Source: an uncultured Alphaproteobacteria bacterium (GTDB taxonomy: Bacteria > Pseudomonadota > Alphaproteobacteria > GCA-2731375). Taken from it: DNA of 64,000 bases. Positions 52,067-62,491 of the stretch are shown one piece after another. The first letter of the stretch is position 1; every line of letters begins with the position of its first letter. The notes below the pieces were generated by a model. It worked only from the letters and a program-made list of their open reading frames with translations. It had not been told where the DNA came from and ran no database searches. Both the position numbers and the translations under genes were made by a program. The stretch covers positions 136,137 through 200,136 of the forward strand of contig CATOSZ010000008.1 in NCBI GenBank assembly GCA_951812805.1, given 5' to 3'.

Positions 52067-53554
52067 ATGGCGCGCGCGATCATGCTGCAGGGGACCGGGT
52101 CGGACGTGGGGAAATCCCTCCTCGTCGCCGGGTTGGCGCGTGCCTGCGTGCAACGAGGGCTGCGGGTGCGCCCATTCAAGCCGCAGAACATGTCGAACAA
52201 CGCGGCCGTCACCGCCGAGGGCGGCGAGATCGGCCGGGCCCAGGCCCTGCAGGCCCGCGCCTGCGGCGTGGCGCCGAGCGTCGACATGAACCCGATCCTG
52301 TTGAAGCCGCAGAGCGAGGTCGGTGCCCAGGTCGTGCTGCGCGGTCGGATCCTGGGCAACGCCAACGCCCGCGACTACCAGGCGATGAAGCCCGGCCTGC
52401 TGGCCGAGGTGGTCGCGAGCTTCGAGCGGCTGGCGGCGGACGTGGATCTCGTCCTGGTCGAGGGGGCGGGCAGCCCGGCGGAAATCAACCTGCGCGACGG
52501 CGACATCGCCAACATGGGCTTCGCCGAAGCGGCGGATCTGCCGGTTGTGCTGATCGGCGACATCGACCGGGGCGGCGTCATCGCCCAGCTGGTCGGCACG
52601 CACACGGTGCTGGCGCCGGCCGACCGGGATCGGATCGCCGGCTTTCTCGTCAACAAGTTCCGCGGCGACCCGGCGCTGTTCGCCACCGGGCGGCGGGAGA
52701 TCGCGACGCGTACCGGCTGGCGTGACCTCGGCCTGGTGCCCTGGTTCGCCGAGGCCTGGCGCCTGCCGGCCGAGGATGCCGTCGCGCTCGATTCACAGGT
52801 CTGGCGCCGCGCGGGTGACGGCCGGGCACGTATCGCCGTGCCGCGCCTGCCCGGCATCTCGAATTTCGACGACCTCGATCCGCTGCGGGCCGAGCCGGAG
52901 GTCGCCCTCGACATCGTCACCGCCGGGCGTGCCCTGCCGGGGGATGCCGACCTGGTGATCCTGCCGGGCTCCAAGTCGACGATCTCCGACCTCGCCATGC
53001 TGCGCGCGCAGGGCTGGGACATCGATATCCAGGCCCATCGTCGCCGCGGTGGCGCCGTGCTCGGCATCTGCGGCGGGTTGCAGATGCTGGGGGCGGAAAT
53101 CGCCGATCCGTTGGGTATCGAAGGGCCGGCGGGGACCGTGGCGGGCCTCGGCCTGCTTTCGCTCCGCACCGAGCTCGGCGGCGACAAGCGGCTGGCCGAA
53201 GTGCGCGGCGCCGACCGTGCCCATGGCCAGACGGTACAGGGCTATTTCATGCATCTCGGACGTACGGCCGGGACGGATCTGACCCGCCCCATGCTCGACC
53301 TGGAGGGCGGACCCGACGGTGCGATGTCGCCCGACGGTCGGGTGATGGGCTGTTATCTGCATGGCCTGTTCGCCGCGGATGATTTTCGTCGCGCCTTTCT
53401 CGCCGCCCTCGGCGCGCGCGAGGCCGGCGCCGAGCCACATGAAAGCCGCATCGAGGACGGGCTCGACCGGCTCGCCGCGCATCTCGGCCGGGCGGTCGAC
53501 CTGGAGGCGCTGCTCTCGCTCAGCGATAGAGCCAGAGCGCGAGCAGCGACATGA
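52067..53554 (+). CDS. cobQ: cobyric acid synthase
   Basis: N-terminal ATPase domain (GTGSDVGKS) and C-terminal glutamine amidotransferase (…[10 protein letters not shown]…). Confidence 0.9.
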   Translation: MARAIMLQGTGSDVGKSLLVAGLARACVQRGLRVRPFKPQNMSNNAAVTAEGGEIGRAQALQARACGVAPSVDMNPILLKPQSEVGAQVVLRGRILGNANARDYQAMKPGLLAEVVASFERLAADVDLVLVEGAGSPAEINLRDGDIANMGFAEAADLPVVLIGDIDRGGVIAQLVGTHTVLAPADRDRIAGFLVNKFRGDPALFATGRREIATRTGWRDLGLVPWFAEAWRLPAEDAVALDSQVWRRAGDGRARIAVPRLPGISNFDDLDPLRAEPEVALDIVTAGRALPGDADLVILPGSKSTISDLAMLRAQGWDIDIQAHRRRGGAVLGICGGLQMLGAEIADPLGIEGPAGTVAGLGLLSLRTELGGDKRLAEVRGADRAHGQTVQGYFMHLGRTAGTDLTRPMLDLEGGPDGAMSPDGRVMGCYLHGLFAADDFRRAFLAALGAREAGAEPHESRIEDGLDRLAAHLGRAVDLEALLSLSDRARARAAT

Positions 53555-54506
53555 GCCCGAGGAGCCCCCAGGCATGGAGATAGAGCTTCAGCGCCCGGCG
53601 GACATCGCGCGACGTCGCGGCCTCGCGGCCATTGCCCATCCAGGCATCGTCGGAAACGACGCCCGCATAGCTGCGCGGCCCGTTGAGCGCCAGGCCGAGG
53701 GCGCCGGCCATCGCCGCCTCCGGCCAGCCGGCATTGGGCGATTGGTGACGGGGCGCGTCGCGCCGCATGGCCCGCCAGCCGGCCGCGCCCCGCTCCCACG
53801 ACGCGAGCCAGGCGGCGGCCGCCAGCAGGGCACCGCTCAACCGTGCGGGCGCCAGGTTCATGGCGTCGTCAAGCCGGGCCGCCGCCCAGCCGAAGTCCCG
53901 GTAGCGCGCGTTGCGGTGGCCGATCATGCTGTCCGCCGTGTTGACCGCCTTGTAGAGCAGCAATCCCGGCAGGCCGAACAGTGCGTACCAGAACCAGGGT
54001 GCGACCACGCCGTCGGAGAAGTTCTCGGCCAGAGATTCGATGGCACCGCGCGCGACGCCGGCCTCGTCCAGGGTGCGGGGATCGCGGCCGACCAGATGGA
54101 CGATCTCGCGCCGTCCGCCCTCCAGGCCTTGCGCCTCCAAGCCGTGTGCGACCCGTGCGACATGGTCGTAGAGCGAGCGGCCGGCGAGCAGCAGGGCGCA
54201 GACCACCGCTTCCAGCACCAGATCCAGCGGCGTGAGGGCAAAGAGCCAGGCCAGCAGGCCGCCGAGCGCGGCGTGGACGAGAACCAGCAGCGCCACGACG
54301 AGGATGCCGGCGCCCCGGCGTGCGCCGGCGGACCGCCGCTCGTCGTTGAAACGAACGTCGAGCCCGCCGATCAGCCGTCCGCACGCCACCACGGGATGGC
54401 CGATGCGCTTGTAGAGCCACGACGGCTCCCCCAGCAGGGCGTCGAGCAGCAGGGCGAGCGCCAATACGGCGAAGGGATCGATGGTGGTGTCGAACCAGGA
54501 GAACAT
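53520..54506 (-). CDS. cobD: adenosylcobinamide-phosphate synthase (CobD/CbiB)
   Basis: Polytopic membrane protein with MFSWFDT…GHPVV N-terminus typical of CbiB. Converges on cobQ with a 35-bp overlap. Confidence 0.85.
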   Translation of the reverse strand: MFSWFDTTIDPFAVLALALLLDALLGEPSWLYKRIGHPVVACGRLIGGLDVRFNDERRSAGARRGAGILVVALLVLVHAALGGLLAWLFALTPLDLVLEAVVCALLLAGRSLYDHVARVAHGLEAQGLEGGRREIVHLVGRDPRTLDEAGVARGAIESLAENFSDGVVAPWFWYALFGLPGLLLYKAVNTADSMIGHRNARYRDFGWAAARLDDAMNLAPARLSGALLAAAAWLASWERGAAGWRAMRRDAPRHQSPNAGWPEAAMAGALGLALNGPRSYAGVVSDDAWMGNGREAATSRDVRRALKLYLHAWGLLGLMSLLALWLYR

Positions 54507-54577
54507 CGGCCGACATTGCGCCGGCCGGCCGGGACCGTCAACGCGGCCCGGAAACGAGAGAAAGAGGATATGCGGCG

Positions 54578-55615
54578 ATGCGTAAACTGGGGGTAATGGT
54601 CTGCGGTCACGGCAGCCGGGATGCGGATGCAATCCGCGAGTTCGAGGCGGTCGCCGCCGGCATCCGCGAACGGCTGCCGCAATACGACGTCGATTCGGGT
54701 TTTCTGGAGTTCGCGACGCCGGTGATCCGCGAGGGGTTGGACGCGCTTCGCGCGCGCGGCGTCGACGAGATCCTGGCGGTGCCGGGAATGCTGTTCGCGG
54801 CGGGCCATGCCAAGAACGATATCCCCTCGGTGCTGAACACCTACCAGGCACAGCACGACGACGTGAAAATCCGCTACGGCCGGGAACTCGGCATCGACCC
54901 GAAACTGCTGCGCGCGTCGGCCGACCGCATCCAGGCGGCGCTCGACGCGGCACCGGCGGGCGTGTCCGCGGCGGAGACCCTGCTGGTCGTGGTCGGCCGC
55001 GGCGCTTCCGACCCGGACGCCAACTCGAACGTCTCCAAGGTCACCCGCATGCTGTGGGAGGGCTTCGGCTTCGGCTGGGCGGAGACGGCCTATTCCGGCG
55101 TCACCTTTCCTTTGGTCGCCCCGGCCCTGGAGCATGCCGCCAAGCTCGGCTACCGCCGCATCGTCGTGCATCCCTATTTCCTCTTCACCGGCGTGTTGGT
55201 GAAGCGGATCTACGATCACACGGACCGCGTCGCCGCCGCCCATCCGGAGATCGAATTCATCAAGGCGCCCTATCTGAACGATCACCCGCTGATCCTCGAT
55301 GCCTTCGCCGAGCGGGTCACCGAAATCCTGGACGGCAGCAATGTGATGAACTGCCAGCTGTGCAAATACCGCGCCCAGGTCCTCGGCTTCGAGGCCGAGG
55401 TGGGGCTGGCCCAGGAAAGCCACCACCACCATGTCGAGGGCCTGCTGGCCCGCGACGACGGCGACGATGCCGGCCACGACCACCATCATCATGACCATGA
55501 CCATGACCATGATCACGACCATACGCACGGCCATGGCCACGATCATCACCATCACCCCTATCCGCATCGCGACCACCCGCTCGGGCCGACGACCCTGAAG
55601 GACCTGGAAGACTGA
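54578..55615 (+). CDS. cbiX: CbiX-type sirohydrochlorin chelatase with His/Asp-rich C-terminal tail
   Basis: Two CbiX repeats (VMVCGHGSRD… and …LLVVVGRGASD…) followed by a ~60-aa tail (HHHHDHDHDHDHDHTHGHGHDHHHH). Confidence 0.8.
   Translation: MRKLGVMVCGHGSRDADAIREFEAVAAGIRERLPQYDVDSGFLEFATPVIREGLDALRARGVDEILAVPGMLFAAGHAKNDIPSVLNTYQAQHDDVKIRYGRELGIDPKLLRASADRIQAALDAAPAGVSAAETLLVVVGRGASDPDANSNVSKVTRMLWEGFGFGWAETAYSGVTFPLVAPALEHAAKLGYRRIVVHPYFLFTGVLVKRIYDHTDRVAAAHPEIEFIKAPYLNDHPLILDAFAERVTEILDGSNVMNCQLCKYRAQVLGFEAEVGLAQESHHHHVEGLLARDDGDDAGHDHHHHDHDHDHDHDHTHGHGHDHHHHPYPHRDHPLGPTTLKDLED
55425..55565 (+). repeat. imperfect CAY-GAC codon repeats encoding the His/Asp-rich tail of CbiX
   Basis: caccaccatcatcatgaccatgaccatgaccatgatcacgaccat… read directly. 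Confidence 0.8.
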
Positions 55616-55622
55616 ACCGGGC

Positions 55623-57182
55623 ATGACGATCTTCGACGCCTATCTCGTGGTCGACTGGAGCGCGGCGGCGGTGCCGACGCGGGGGGCGGACAGTATCTGG
55701 TACGCGCTCTATGAACGGACGTCGCGCGGCTTGCGGCGGCGGGCGCTCGCCAATCCGGCGACGCGGGAGGAGGCGCGCCGCGCGATCGCGGATCTGCTGG
55801 TCCGGCTGACCGCGCGGGGCCGGCGCACGCTCGCCGGCTTCGACTTTCCCAATGGCTATCCCGCCGGTTTCGCGGCTCGGGCGGGCTTCACCGGCCGGGC
55901 GCCCTGGCGGGCCGTGTGGGACGGGCTCGCCGGGCTGGTCGACGATGCGCCCGACAACGCCAACAACCGTTTCGAATTGGCGGCCGAGCTGAACGGGCGG
56001 ATCTCCGGCGCCGACTTCCCGTTCTGGGGCTGTCCGGCGGGGCGGGCGGGGCCGAAGCTCAATCCGCGCAAGGTCGACGCCTATGGGCGGGAAGGCCTGG
56101 CCGAGAAGCGCCTGGCGGAGGCCTGGGTGCCGCGGGCGCAGCCCTGCTGGAAGCTCGCCTATACCGGTTCCGTCGGCAGCCAGGCCCTGCTCGGCATTCC
56201 GGTGCAGCGGGCGCTGCGCGACGATCCCCGGCTCGCCGCGACGACCCGGGTCTGGCCGTTCGAGACCGGGCTGTGCCCGCCTGCGATGGCAGGCGATTGG
56301 CGGGTCGTGCTGGCCGAGGTCTATCCCTCTCTCGCGCCGCTGGCGCTCGGCCACGGGCCGGTGAAGGACGCCCGCCAGGTGACGGCGGCCTGCCGCCTGC
56401 TGGCCAGGCGCGACGAGGCCGGCGCGCTCGCCGTCGACCTCGCCGGCCCGCCGGAGCTGGACCGACGCCAACGCCGGGTGGTCGAGCGGGAGGAAGGCTG
56501 GCTACTCGGCGCCGGCACCTTCCCCGAGACCCGGCGGCGGGGAGGGGAGGCCTATATCACGGCGCCGGCGGTGATCTACGACCAGTCCTTCGCCCGGGTC
56601 CGTGCCGCCGCCGGCCTCGGCAGTTTCCCAGATGGTTTCGCGCTGGTCGCCGAGAGGATCGTGCACGCCTCGGCGATGCCGGAACTGGCGGCGCAGCTGG
56701 TCGCGAGCGACGGCCTGGTCGATGCCGCGCGCGACGCGCTGGCGGCTGGTGCGCCGATCCTGGTCGATTGCGAGATGCTCTCCCACGGCGTGATCCGGCG
56801 TGGCCTGCCCTGCGGCAACGACGTCGTCTGTACCCTGAACCGGCCCGGTGTCGCCCGGCGGGCGACGGCCGGCGCGACAACCCGTTCGGCCGCCCAGGTC
56901 CGCGACTGGGACGACAGCCTGGAAGGCGCCCTGGTGGCAATCGGCAACGCGCCGACGGCGCTGTTCGCTCTGCTGGAACGATTGCGCGCGGGCGGGCCGC
57001 GCCCGGCGGCGATCCTCGGCCTGCCGGTCGGCTTCGTCGGTGCGGCGGAATCGAAGGCCGCCCTGATGGCGGAGGCGCATGGCGTGCCGTACCTCACGCT
57101 CCCCGGGCGGCTCGGCGGCAGCGCCATGGCGGCGGCGGCCATCAACGCGCTTGCTGGCCTGGCGCGGGAGGCGACGGCATGA
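55623..57182 (+). CDS. cobH: fusion protein: uncharacterised ~310-aa N-terminal domain + precorrin-8X methylmutase (CobH) C-terminal domain
   Basis: The C-terminal ~210 aa aligns with CobH (…ILVDCEMLSHGVIRRGLP…VAIGNAPTALF…LGLPVGFVGAAESK…). The N-terminal 310 aa (MTIFDAYLVVDWSAAAV…FPFWGCP…) share a single frame with no stop. Confidence 0.8.
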   Translation: MTIFDAYLVVDWSAAAVPTRGADSIWYALYERTSRGLRRRALANPATREEARRAIADLLVRLTARGRRTLAGFDFPNGYPAGFAARAGFTGRAPWRAVWDGLAGLVDDAPDNANNRFELAAELNGRISGADFPFWGCPAGRAGPKLNPRKVDAYGREGLAEKRLAEAWVPRAQPCWKLAYTGSVGSQALLGIPVQRALRDDPRLAATTRVWPFETGLCPPAMAGDWRVVLAEVYPSLAPLALGHGPVKDARQVTAACRLLARRDEAGALAVDLAGPPELDRRQRRVVEREEGWLLGAGTFPETRRRGGEAYITAPAVIYDQSFARVRAAAGLGSFPDGFALVAERIVHASAMPELAAQLVASDGLVDAARDALAAGAPILVDCEMLSHGVIRRGLPCGNDVVCTLNRPGVARRATAGATTRSAAQVRDWDDSLEGALVAIGNAPTALFALLERLRAGGPRPAAILGLPVGFVGAAESKAALMAEAHGVPYLTLPGRLGGSAMAAAAINALAGLAREATA

Positions 57183-58384
57183 CGGCCTGGCTGAGCGTCG
57201 TCGGCATCGGCGAGGACGGCCTCGACGGTCTCGGCGCCGAGGCGCGCGCGCTGATCGACGGGGCCGAGGTGCTGGTGGGCGGTGAGCGCCATCACGCCTT
57301 GCTGCCGGACCACAAGGCGGAGCGGCTCGGCTGGCAGTTCCCGCTCGGCCCCCTGATCGCCGAGCTGCGCGCGCGGCGCGGCCGGCGCGTCGTCGTTCTG
57401 GCGACCGGCGATCCCTTCTGTTTCGGCATCGCCTCGACCCTGGTCCGTCATCTGGACATCGCGGAGATGCGGGTGCTGCCGGCGCCGTCGGCCTTCGCGC
57501 TCGCCCGGGCCCGGCTCGGCTGGCCGTCCCATACGACAGAGGAGGTGACGCTGCACGGCCGGCCGTTGGAAAGCCTGCCGGCCCGTCTCGCGCCGGGCCA
57601 ACGGCTGCTGGCCCTGAGCAACGACGGCACGACGCCGGCCGCGGTCGCCGCCCTGTTGGTCGAACGCGGCTACGGCCCCTCGCGCATGGTGGTGTTGGAA
57701 CACATGGGCGGACCGGCGGAACGACGCATCGACGCGACGGCCGAGAGCTGGCACCCGGGCGAGACGGCGGCATTCAATACCATCGCCCTCGAATGCCGCC
57801 CGGCACCCGGCACGGTTCCGTTGCCCTCGGTGCCCGGCCTGCCGGACGCCGCCTTCGAACACGACGGCCAGATCACCAAGCGGGAGGTGCGCGCCGCGAC
57901 GCTCGCCGCCCTGGTGCCCCTGCTGGGCCAGCGCCTGGTCGATATCGGCGCCGGTTCCGGCGCCATCGCCATCGAATGGCTGCGGGCGGCCCGGAACGTC
58001 AGTGCCGTGGCGATCGAGCGGGACCCGGCGCGGGCCGAGCGGATCGCCCGGAATGCCCGCACGCTCGGCACGCCCGGCCTGGAAATCGTCACTGGCGAGG
58101 CGCCGGCGGCCCTGGCCGGCCTGGGGCCGGCGGATGCGGTCTTCATCGGCGGTGGCCTCGGCGCGCCGGACATGCTACCCGCCGCGCTCGCCCTGCTCGC
58201 CCCCGGCGGGCGCCTGGTCGCCAATGCGGTGACCGTCGCCGGCGAGGCCGCCCTGCTGAAGGCGCATTCGACGCACGGCGGTGCGCTGGCCCGTCTGGCG
58301 GTCAGCCGGGCCGAACCCGTCGGCGGTGTCGTCGCCTGGCGCGCGCTCGCCCCGGTGACGCAATGGAGTTTCACGAAACGATGA
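57179..58384 (+). CDS. cobL: precorrin-6Y C5,15-methyltransferase (decarboxylating)
   Basis: N-terminal tetrapyrrole methylase domain and C-terminal SAM-MTase (VDIGAGSGAIAIE). ATGA overlap with the cobH stop. Confidence 0.9.
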   Translation: MTAWLSVVGIGEDGLDGLGAEARALIDGAEVLVGGERHHALLPDHKAERLGWQFPLGPLIAELRARRGRRVVVLATGDPFCFGIASTLVRHLDIAEMRVLPAPSAFALARARLGWPSHTTEEVTLHGRPLESLPARLAPGQRLLALSNDGTTPAAVAALLVERGYGPSRMVVLEHMGGPAERRIDATAESWHPGETAAFNTIALECRPAPGTVPLPSVPGLPDAAFEHDGQITKREVRAATLAALVPLLGQRLVDIGAGSGAIAIEWLRAARNVSAVAIERDPARAERIARNARTLGTPGLEIVTGEAPAALAGLGPADAVFIGGGLGAPDMLPAALALLAPGGRLVANAVTVAGEAALLKAHSTHGGALARLAVSRAEPVGGVVAWRALAPVTQWSFTKR

Positions 58385-59082
58385 GCGGACGCGTGCATGG
58401 TATCGGCGTCGGCCCCGGCGATCCGGAGCTGTTGACCCTGAAGGCGTTGCGCCTGCTGCGCGAGGCCGCGGTCGTCGCCTACCCGGCGACGGAAGACGGG
58501 GAGAGTCTGGCCCGGGAGATCGTCGCGCCGCATCTGCCGGGCGGCCAGCGTGAAATTCCGATCCCCATTCCGATCCAGGGCGGCCCGTTCCCCGACGAAG
58601 GTGTCTATGACCGCGCGGCGGAACAGGTCCTGGCCGCCGTGGCGGAGGGCGCCGCTGTCGTGGTGCTGTGCGAGGGGGATCCGTTCTTCTACGGCTCCTT
58701 TCTCTATCTCTATGCCCGCTTGGCGGACCGTTGCGAGGTGGCGGTGGTGCCCGGCGTCTCCTCCCTGATGGCCTGCGCGGCGGTGCTGGGCGCGCCGCTC
58801 GCCGCGCGCAACGACGCGCTTTCGGTGCTGCCAGCGACCCTGGACGAAACGGTGCTGCGCCGCCGGATCGAGGCGGCGGACGCGGTCGCCCTGATCAAGG
58901 TCGGTCGCCATCTCGCCAAGGTACGCGGCGTTCTGGAGGACCTCGGCCTGGCTGAGGGCGCCCTCTATATCGAGCGCGCCACCATGACGACGGAGCGGGT
59001 GCTGCCCCTCGACCAGGCGCCAGCGCCCGCACCCTATTTCTCGATGGTGCTGGTGCACCGGCGGGGCGAGGCCTGGCGATGA
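58381..59082 (+). CDS. cobI: precorrin-2 C20-methyltransferase
   Basis: GVGPGDPELLTLKA tetrapyrrole methylase signature. ATGA overlap with the cobL stop. Confidence 0.9.
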   Translation: MSGRVHGIGVGPGDPELLTLKALRLLREAAVVAYPATEDGESLAREIVAPHLPGGQREIPIPIPIQGGPFPDEGVYDRAAEQVLAAVAEGAAVVVLCEGDPFFYGSFLYLYARLADRCEVAVVPGVSSLMACAAVLGAPLAARNDALSVLPATLDETVLRRRIEAADAVALIKVGRHLAKVRGVLEDLGLAEGALYIERATMTTERVLPLDQAPAPAPYFSMVLVHRRGEAWR

Positions 59083-60887
59083 GCGGGCACCCCGCCTATG
59101 TCGCACTCACCGGCCAGGGAGCGGAGACCGCCCGCCGGATCATGGCCGGCCTCGGCGGCGGTGAGCTGCACGGCCTCGCGCACCGGGTTACGAATCGCGA
59201 CGTGGCCTTCACCGAGACGATCCCGCACCTCCAGGCCCTGTTCCGGGCCGGCCGGCCCATCGTCGGCCTTTGCGCCGCCGGGATCCTGATCCGCGCGCTC
59301 GGCCCCCTGCTCGCCGAGAAGCGGGAAGAGCCCGCGGTCCTCGCCGTCGCGGAAGACGGCACGGCGGTGGTGCCGTTGCTCGGCGGACACCACGGCGCCA
59401 ACGACCTCGCGCGGGAGATCGCAGGTGTGCTGGACGGCAGCGCCGCGATCACCACGGCGGGCGATGTCCGTCTGGATCTCGCGCTCGATGCGCCGCCCGC
59501 CGGCTGGCGGCTCGCCGATCCGGCACCGGCCAAGGCGGTGATGGCGGCCCTGCTGGCGGGCGAGAACGTGGCCCTGCATGTCGAGGCGGGCGATCCCGCC
59601 TGGCTGACGGCCGGCGGTGCGTCGTTTTCCGAGACCGGGACCCCCTCGATCCGCCTGACCGATTCCACAGCTCCGGCACCGGCAAACGAGTTGGTGTTTC
59701 ATCCGGCGACCCTGGCGCTCGGCGTCGGGACGGAACGGGGTGCGGCGCCGGCGGCGCTCTCGGCCCTGGTGCGGGAGACGTTGGCGGCGGCTGGCCTCAG
59801 CCCCGCCTCGATCGCCTGTGTCGTCTCCCTCGACCTGAAGGCGGGGGAAGCGGCGGTGCTCGACCTCGCCGAAGAGCTCGGGGTCGAGGCCCGGTTCTTC
59901 GACGCGACCCGGCTGGAGGCGGAGCGGCCGCGCCTCGCCAATCCCTCCGACCTGGTCTTCCAGGCGGTCGGCTGTCATGGCGTCGCCGAGGGCGCGGCGC
60001 TGGCGGCGGCCGGGCCGGCGGGAAACCTGATCGTCGAGAAGCGGCGGGGCGAGCGGGTGACCTGCGCCGTCGCCCGCGCGCCGGACGTCATCGAGGCCAC
60101 AGGCGTCGGTCGCGCGCGCGGCCGGCTCGCCATCGTCGGGATCGGGCCCGGGTCCGACGCATGGCGCACGGGCGAGGCCGGCGGCTGGCTCGCCCGGGCC
60201 GAGGACGTCGTCGGCTACGGCCTCTATCTCGATCTCGTCGCCGGGCGGATCGCCGGCGCCCGGCGGCACGACTTTCCAATCGGTGCGGAGCGGGAACGGG
60301 TGGATCATGCCCTCGACCTCGCCGTCGCCGGGCGCGACGTGGCGCTCGTCTCGTCCGGCGACGCCGGGATCTACGCCATGGCGGCCCTGGTGTTCGAACG
60401 GATCGAGCAGGGTGACAATGCGGCCTGGCGGCGGATCGCTATCGAGGCGACGCCGGGGATCTCGGCGTTGCAGGGCGCGGCGGCGCGGATCGGCGCGCCG
60501 CTGGGACACGATTTCTGCGCCATTTCGCTCTCCGACCTGCTGACGCCCTGGCCGGTCATCGCCGCGCGGCTCGAGGCGGCGGCACGGGCCGATTTCGTGG
60601 TGGCGCTCTACAATCCGGCTTCGCGCGCCCGGCGCCGCGGGCTGGTGGAGGCCCTGGCGGTCCTGCGCGCGCACCGCCCGGCCGGCACGCCGGTGGTCGT
60701 CGCCCGCAACCTCGGCCGCGAGGGCGAGCGGGTCGAGGCGGTCCGGCTCGACAGTCTGGAAGCCGACCGGGTCGACATGCTCACCCTGCTGATCATCGGC
60801 AACCGGGAGACTCGACACATGCGGACCGAGGACGGGCGCGGCTGGGTCTATACACCGCGCGGCTACGGCGGGAAGGGCGGGGCATGA
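59079..60887 (+). CDS. cobJ: fusion of CbiG-like domain with precorrin-3B C17-methyltransferase (CobJ)
   Basis: N-terminal ~330 aa CbiG-like. The C-terminal ~260 aa is a tetrapyrrole methylase (IVGIGPGS…). Overlaps the cobI stop. Confidence 0.85.
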   Translation: MSGHPAYVALTGQGAETARRIMAGLGGGELHGLAHRVTNRDVAFTETIPHLQALFRAGRPIVGLCAAGILIRALGPLLAEKREEPAVLAVAEDGTAVVPLLGGHHGANDLAREIAGVLDGSAAITTAGDVRLDLALDAPPAGWRLADPAPAKAVMAALLAGENVALHVEAGDPAWLTAGGASFSETGTPSIRLTDSTAPAPANELVFHPATLALGVGTERGAAPAALSALVRETLAAAGLSPASIACVVSLDLKAGEAAVLDLAEELGVEARFFDATRLEAERPRLANPSDLVFQAVGCHGVAEGAALAAAGPAGNLIVEKRRGERVTCAVARAPDVIEATGVGRARGRLAIVGIGPGSDAWRTGEAGGWLARAEDVVGYGLYLDLVAGRIAGARRHDFPIGAERERVDHALDLAVAGRDVALVSSGDAGIYAMAALVFERIEQGDNAAWRRIAIEATPGISALQGAAARIGAPLGHDFCAISLSDLLTPWPVIAARLEAAARADFVVALYNPASRARRRGLVEALAVLRAHRPAGTPVVVARNLGREGERVEAVRLDSLEADRVDMLTLLIIGNRETRHMRTEDGRGWVYTPRGYGGKGGA

Positions 60888-61651
60888 CGGTACATTTCAT
60901 CGGCGCGGGCCCGGGGGCCGCGGACCTCATCACCGTGCGCGGGCGCGACCTGATCGCCGCGGCGCCCGTGGTGCTTTATGCCGGCTCCCTCGTCGCGCCG
61001 GCGATGCTGCAATGGGCCGGGGCGGAGGCCCTGGTCGTCGACACGGCACCGCTGAACTTGGACGAAATCATCGAGGAAATGGTCCGGGCCGACGCGGCCG
61101 GCCTGGATGTCGCCCGGGTGCATTCGGGCGACCCCTCGCTCTATGGCGCGATCCAGGAGCAGATGCGCCGCCTGGATGCGCTGGCGATCGATTACGACAT
61201 CACGCCGGGCGTGCCGGCCTTCGCCGCCGCCGCCGCGACGCTGAAGCGCGAGCTGACGTTACCCGGCATCGGCCAGTCCGTCGTGCTCACCCGCACGGCG
61301 ATGAAATCCTCCGCCATGCCGGAGGGCGAGACCCTCGCCGCCTTCGCCGCCACCGGTGCGACCCTGGCGATCCATCTCTCGATCCGCAATCTCGCCCATG
61401 TCACGCGCGAGCTCGAGCCCCATTACGGGGCCGATTGCCCCGCCATCATCGTCTACCGGGCGAGCTGGCCGGACGAACAGGTCATCCACGCGACGCTCGC
61501 CAGCCTGCGCGAGGCCGCCCGTGCCGCCAAGATCACCCGAACCGCCCTGGTCCTGGTCGGCCCGGTCCTGGCCGATGAAAGCTATGCCGACAGCCGTCTC
61601 TACGCCCCCGACCACCGCCACCTGCTGCGCCACGGCCGTCCCGGTGGCTAG
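60884..61651 (+). CDS. cobM: precorrin-4 C11-methyltransferase
   Basis: [18 protein letters not shown] signature. ATGA overlap with the cobJ stop. Confidence 0.9.
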   Translation: MTVHFIGAGPGAADLITVRGRDLIAAAPVVLYAGSLVAPAMLQWAGAEALVVDTAPLNLDEIIEEMVRADAAGLDVARVHSGDPSLYGAIQEQMRRLDALAIDYDITPGVPAFAAAAATLKRELTLPGIGQSVVLTRTAMKSSAMPEGETLAAFAATGATLAIHLSIRNLAHVTRELEPHYGADCPAIIVYRASWPDEQVIHATLASLREAARAAKITRTALVLVGPVLADESYADSRLYAPDHRHLLRHGRPGG

Positions 61652-61700
61652 GCGAGGGGGTGCGGGTTAAGCTTGCCGTGAGCCGAACAGGGAGGACGAG

Positions 61701-62468
61701 ATGGCCGATCTCGACGCGCGCCGCCAGGCGATCAAGGATGCCTTTATCGAGAACCGGGGCTATTGGGCCGAGATCTGGGAGCAGATGCTGCGCCTGAACC
61801 CGGACTATTTCGAGGCCTATGCCGAGCTGTCTTCCGTGCCCTGGAAGCACGGCGTGCTGGCGCCCAAGGTCAAGGAGTTCATGTATATCGCGGCCGATGC
61901 CTCGACCACCCACCTCTACAACCAGGGCACCCGCATCCATATCCAGAATGCGCTCCGTCACGGGGCCACGGAAGAAGAGATCTTCGAAGTGCTGGCGATG
62001 ACCTCCATCCTCGGCATGCACAGCTGCACCGTGGGCGTGCCGATCCTGTTGGAGGAGCTGGAGGCCGCCGGCAAGCTGGAGATGCCCGAACTCGATGCCC
62101 GGCGCCGGGAAATCAAAGAGGAGTTCATCCGGGTGCGCGGCTACTGGCATCCCTTCCACGACGGCCTGCTGTCGACCAGCCCCGAATTCTTCGAGGCTTA
62201 TCTGAACTTCTCCGGCGTTCCCTGGCGCACCGGCACGCTGGAGCCCAAGGTCCGCGAGTTCGTCTATATCGCCATCGATGCGGCGACGACGCACCTCTAC
62301 GAGCCGGGCCTGCGCCTGCACTTCCGCAATGCGATCGGCCATGGCGCGACCCAGGCCGAGTTGCTGGAGGTGCTGCAACTGCTGTCCGCGATCGGCGTCC
62401 ACACGATGACGGAGAGCGTTCCAATCCTGGTCAAGGAAGCGGCCCGGGCGCGGGAGGCGGCGGAATAG
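61701..62468 (+). CDS. carboxymuconolactone-decarboxylase (CMD/AhpD-like) family protein with two tandem domains
   Basis: Two ~125-aa repeats (…PDYFEAYAELSSVPWKHGVLAPKVKEFMYIAADASTTHLY… and …PEFFEAYLNFSGVPWRTGTLEPKVREFVYIAIDAATTHLY…). Confidence 0.7.
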   Translation: MADLDARRQAIKDAFIENRGYWAEIWEQMLRLNPDYFEAYAELSSVPWKHGVLAPKVKEFMYIAADASTTHLYNQGTRIHIQNALRHGATEEEIFEVLAMTSILGMHSCTVGVPILLEELEAAGKLEMPELDARRREIKEEFIRVRGYWHPFHDGLLSTSPEFFEAYLNFSGVPWRTGTLEPKVREFVYIAIDAATTHLYEPGLRLHFRNAIGHGATQAELLEVLQLLSAIGVHTMTESVPILVKEAARAREAAE

Positions 62469-62491
62469 CCCGATCCAACCCGGGTCGGGCG

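Noticed and set aside
55425-55565. His-codon repeat region considered as a separate repeat element or frameshift-prone pseudogene
   Set aside because: The frame is continuous from the CbiX domains to a proper stop.
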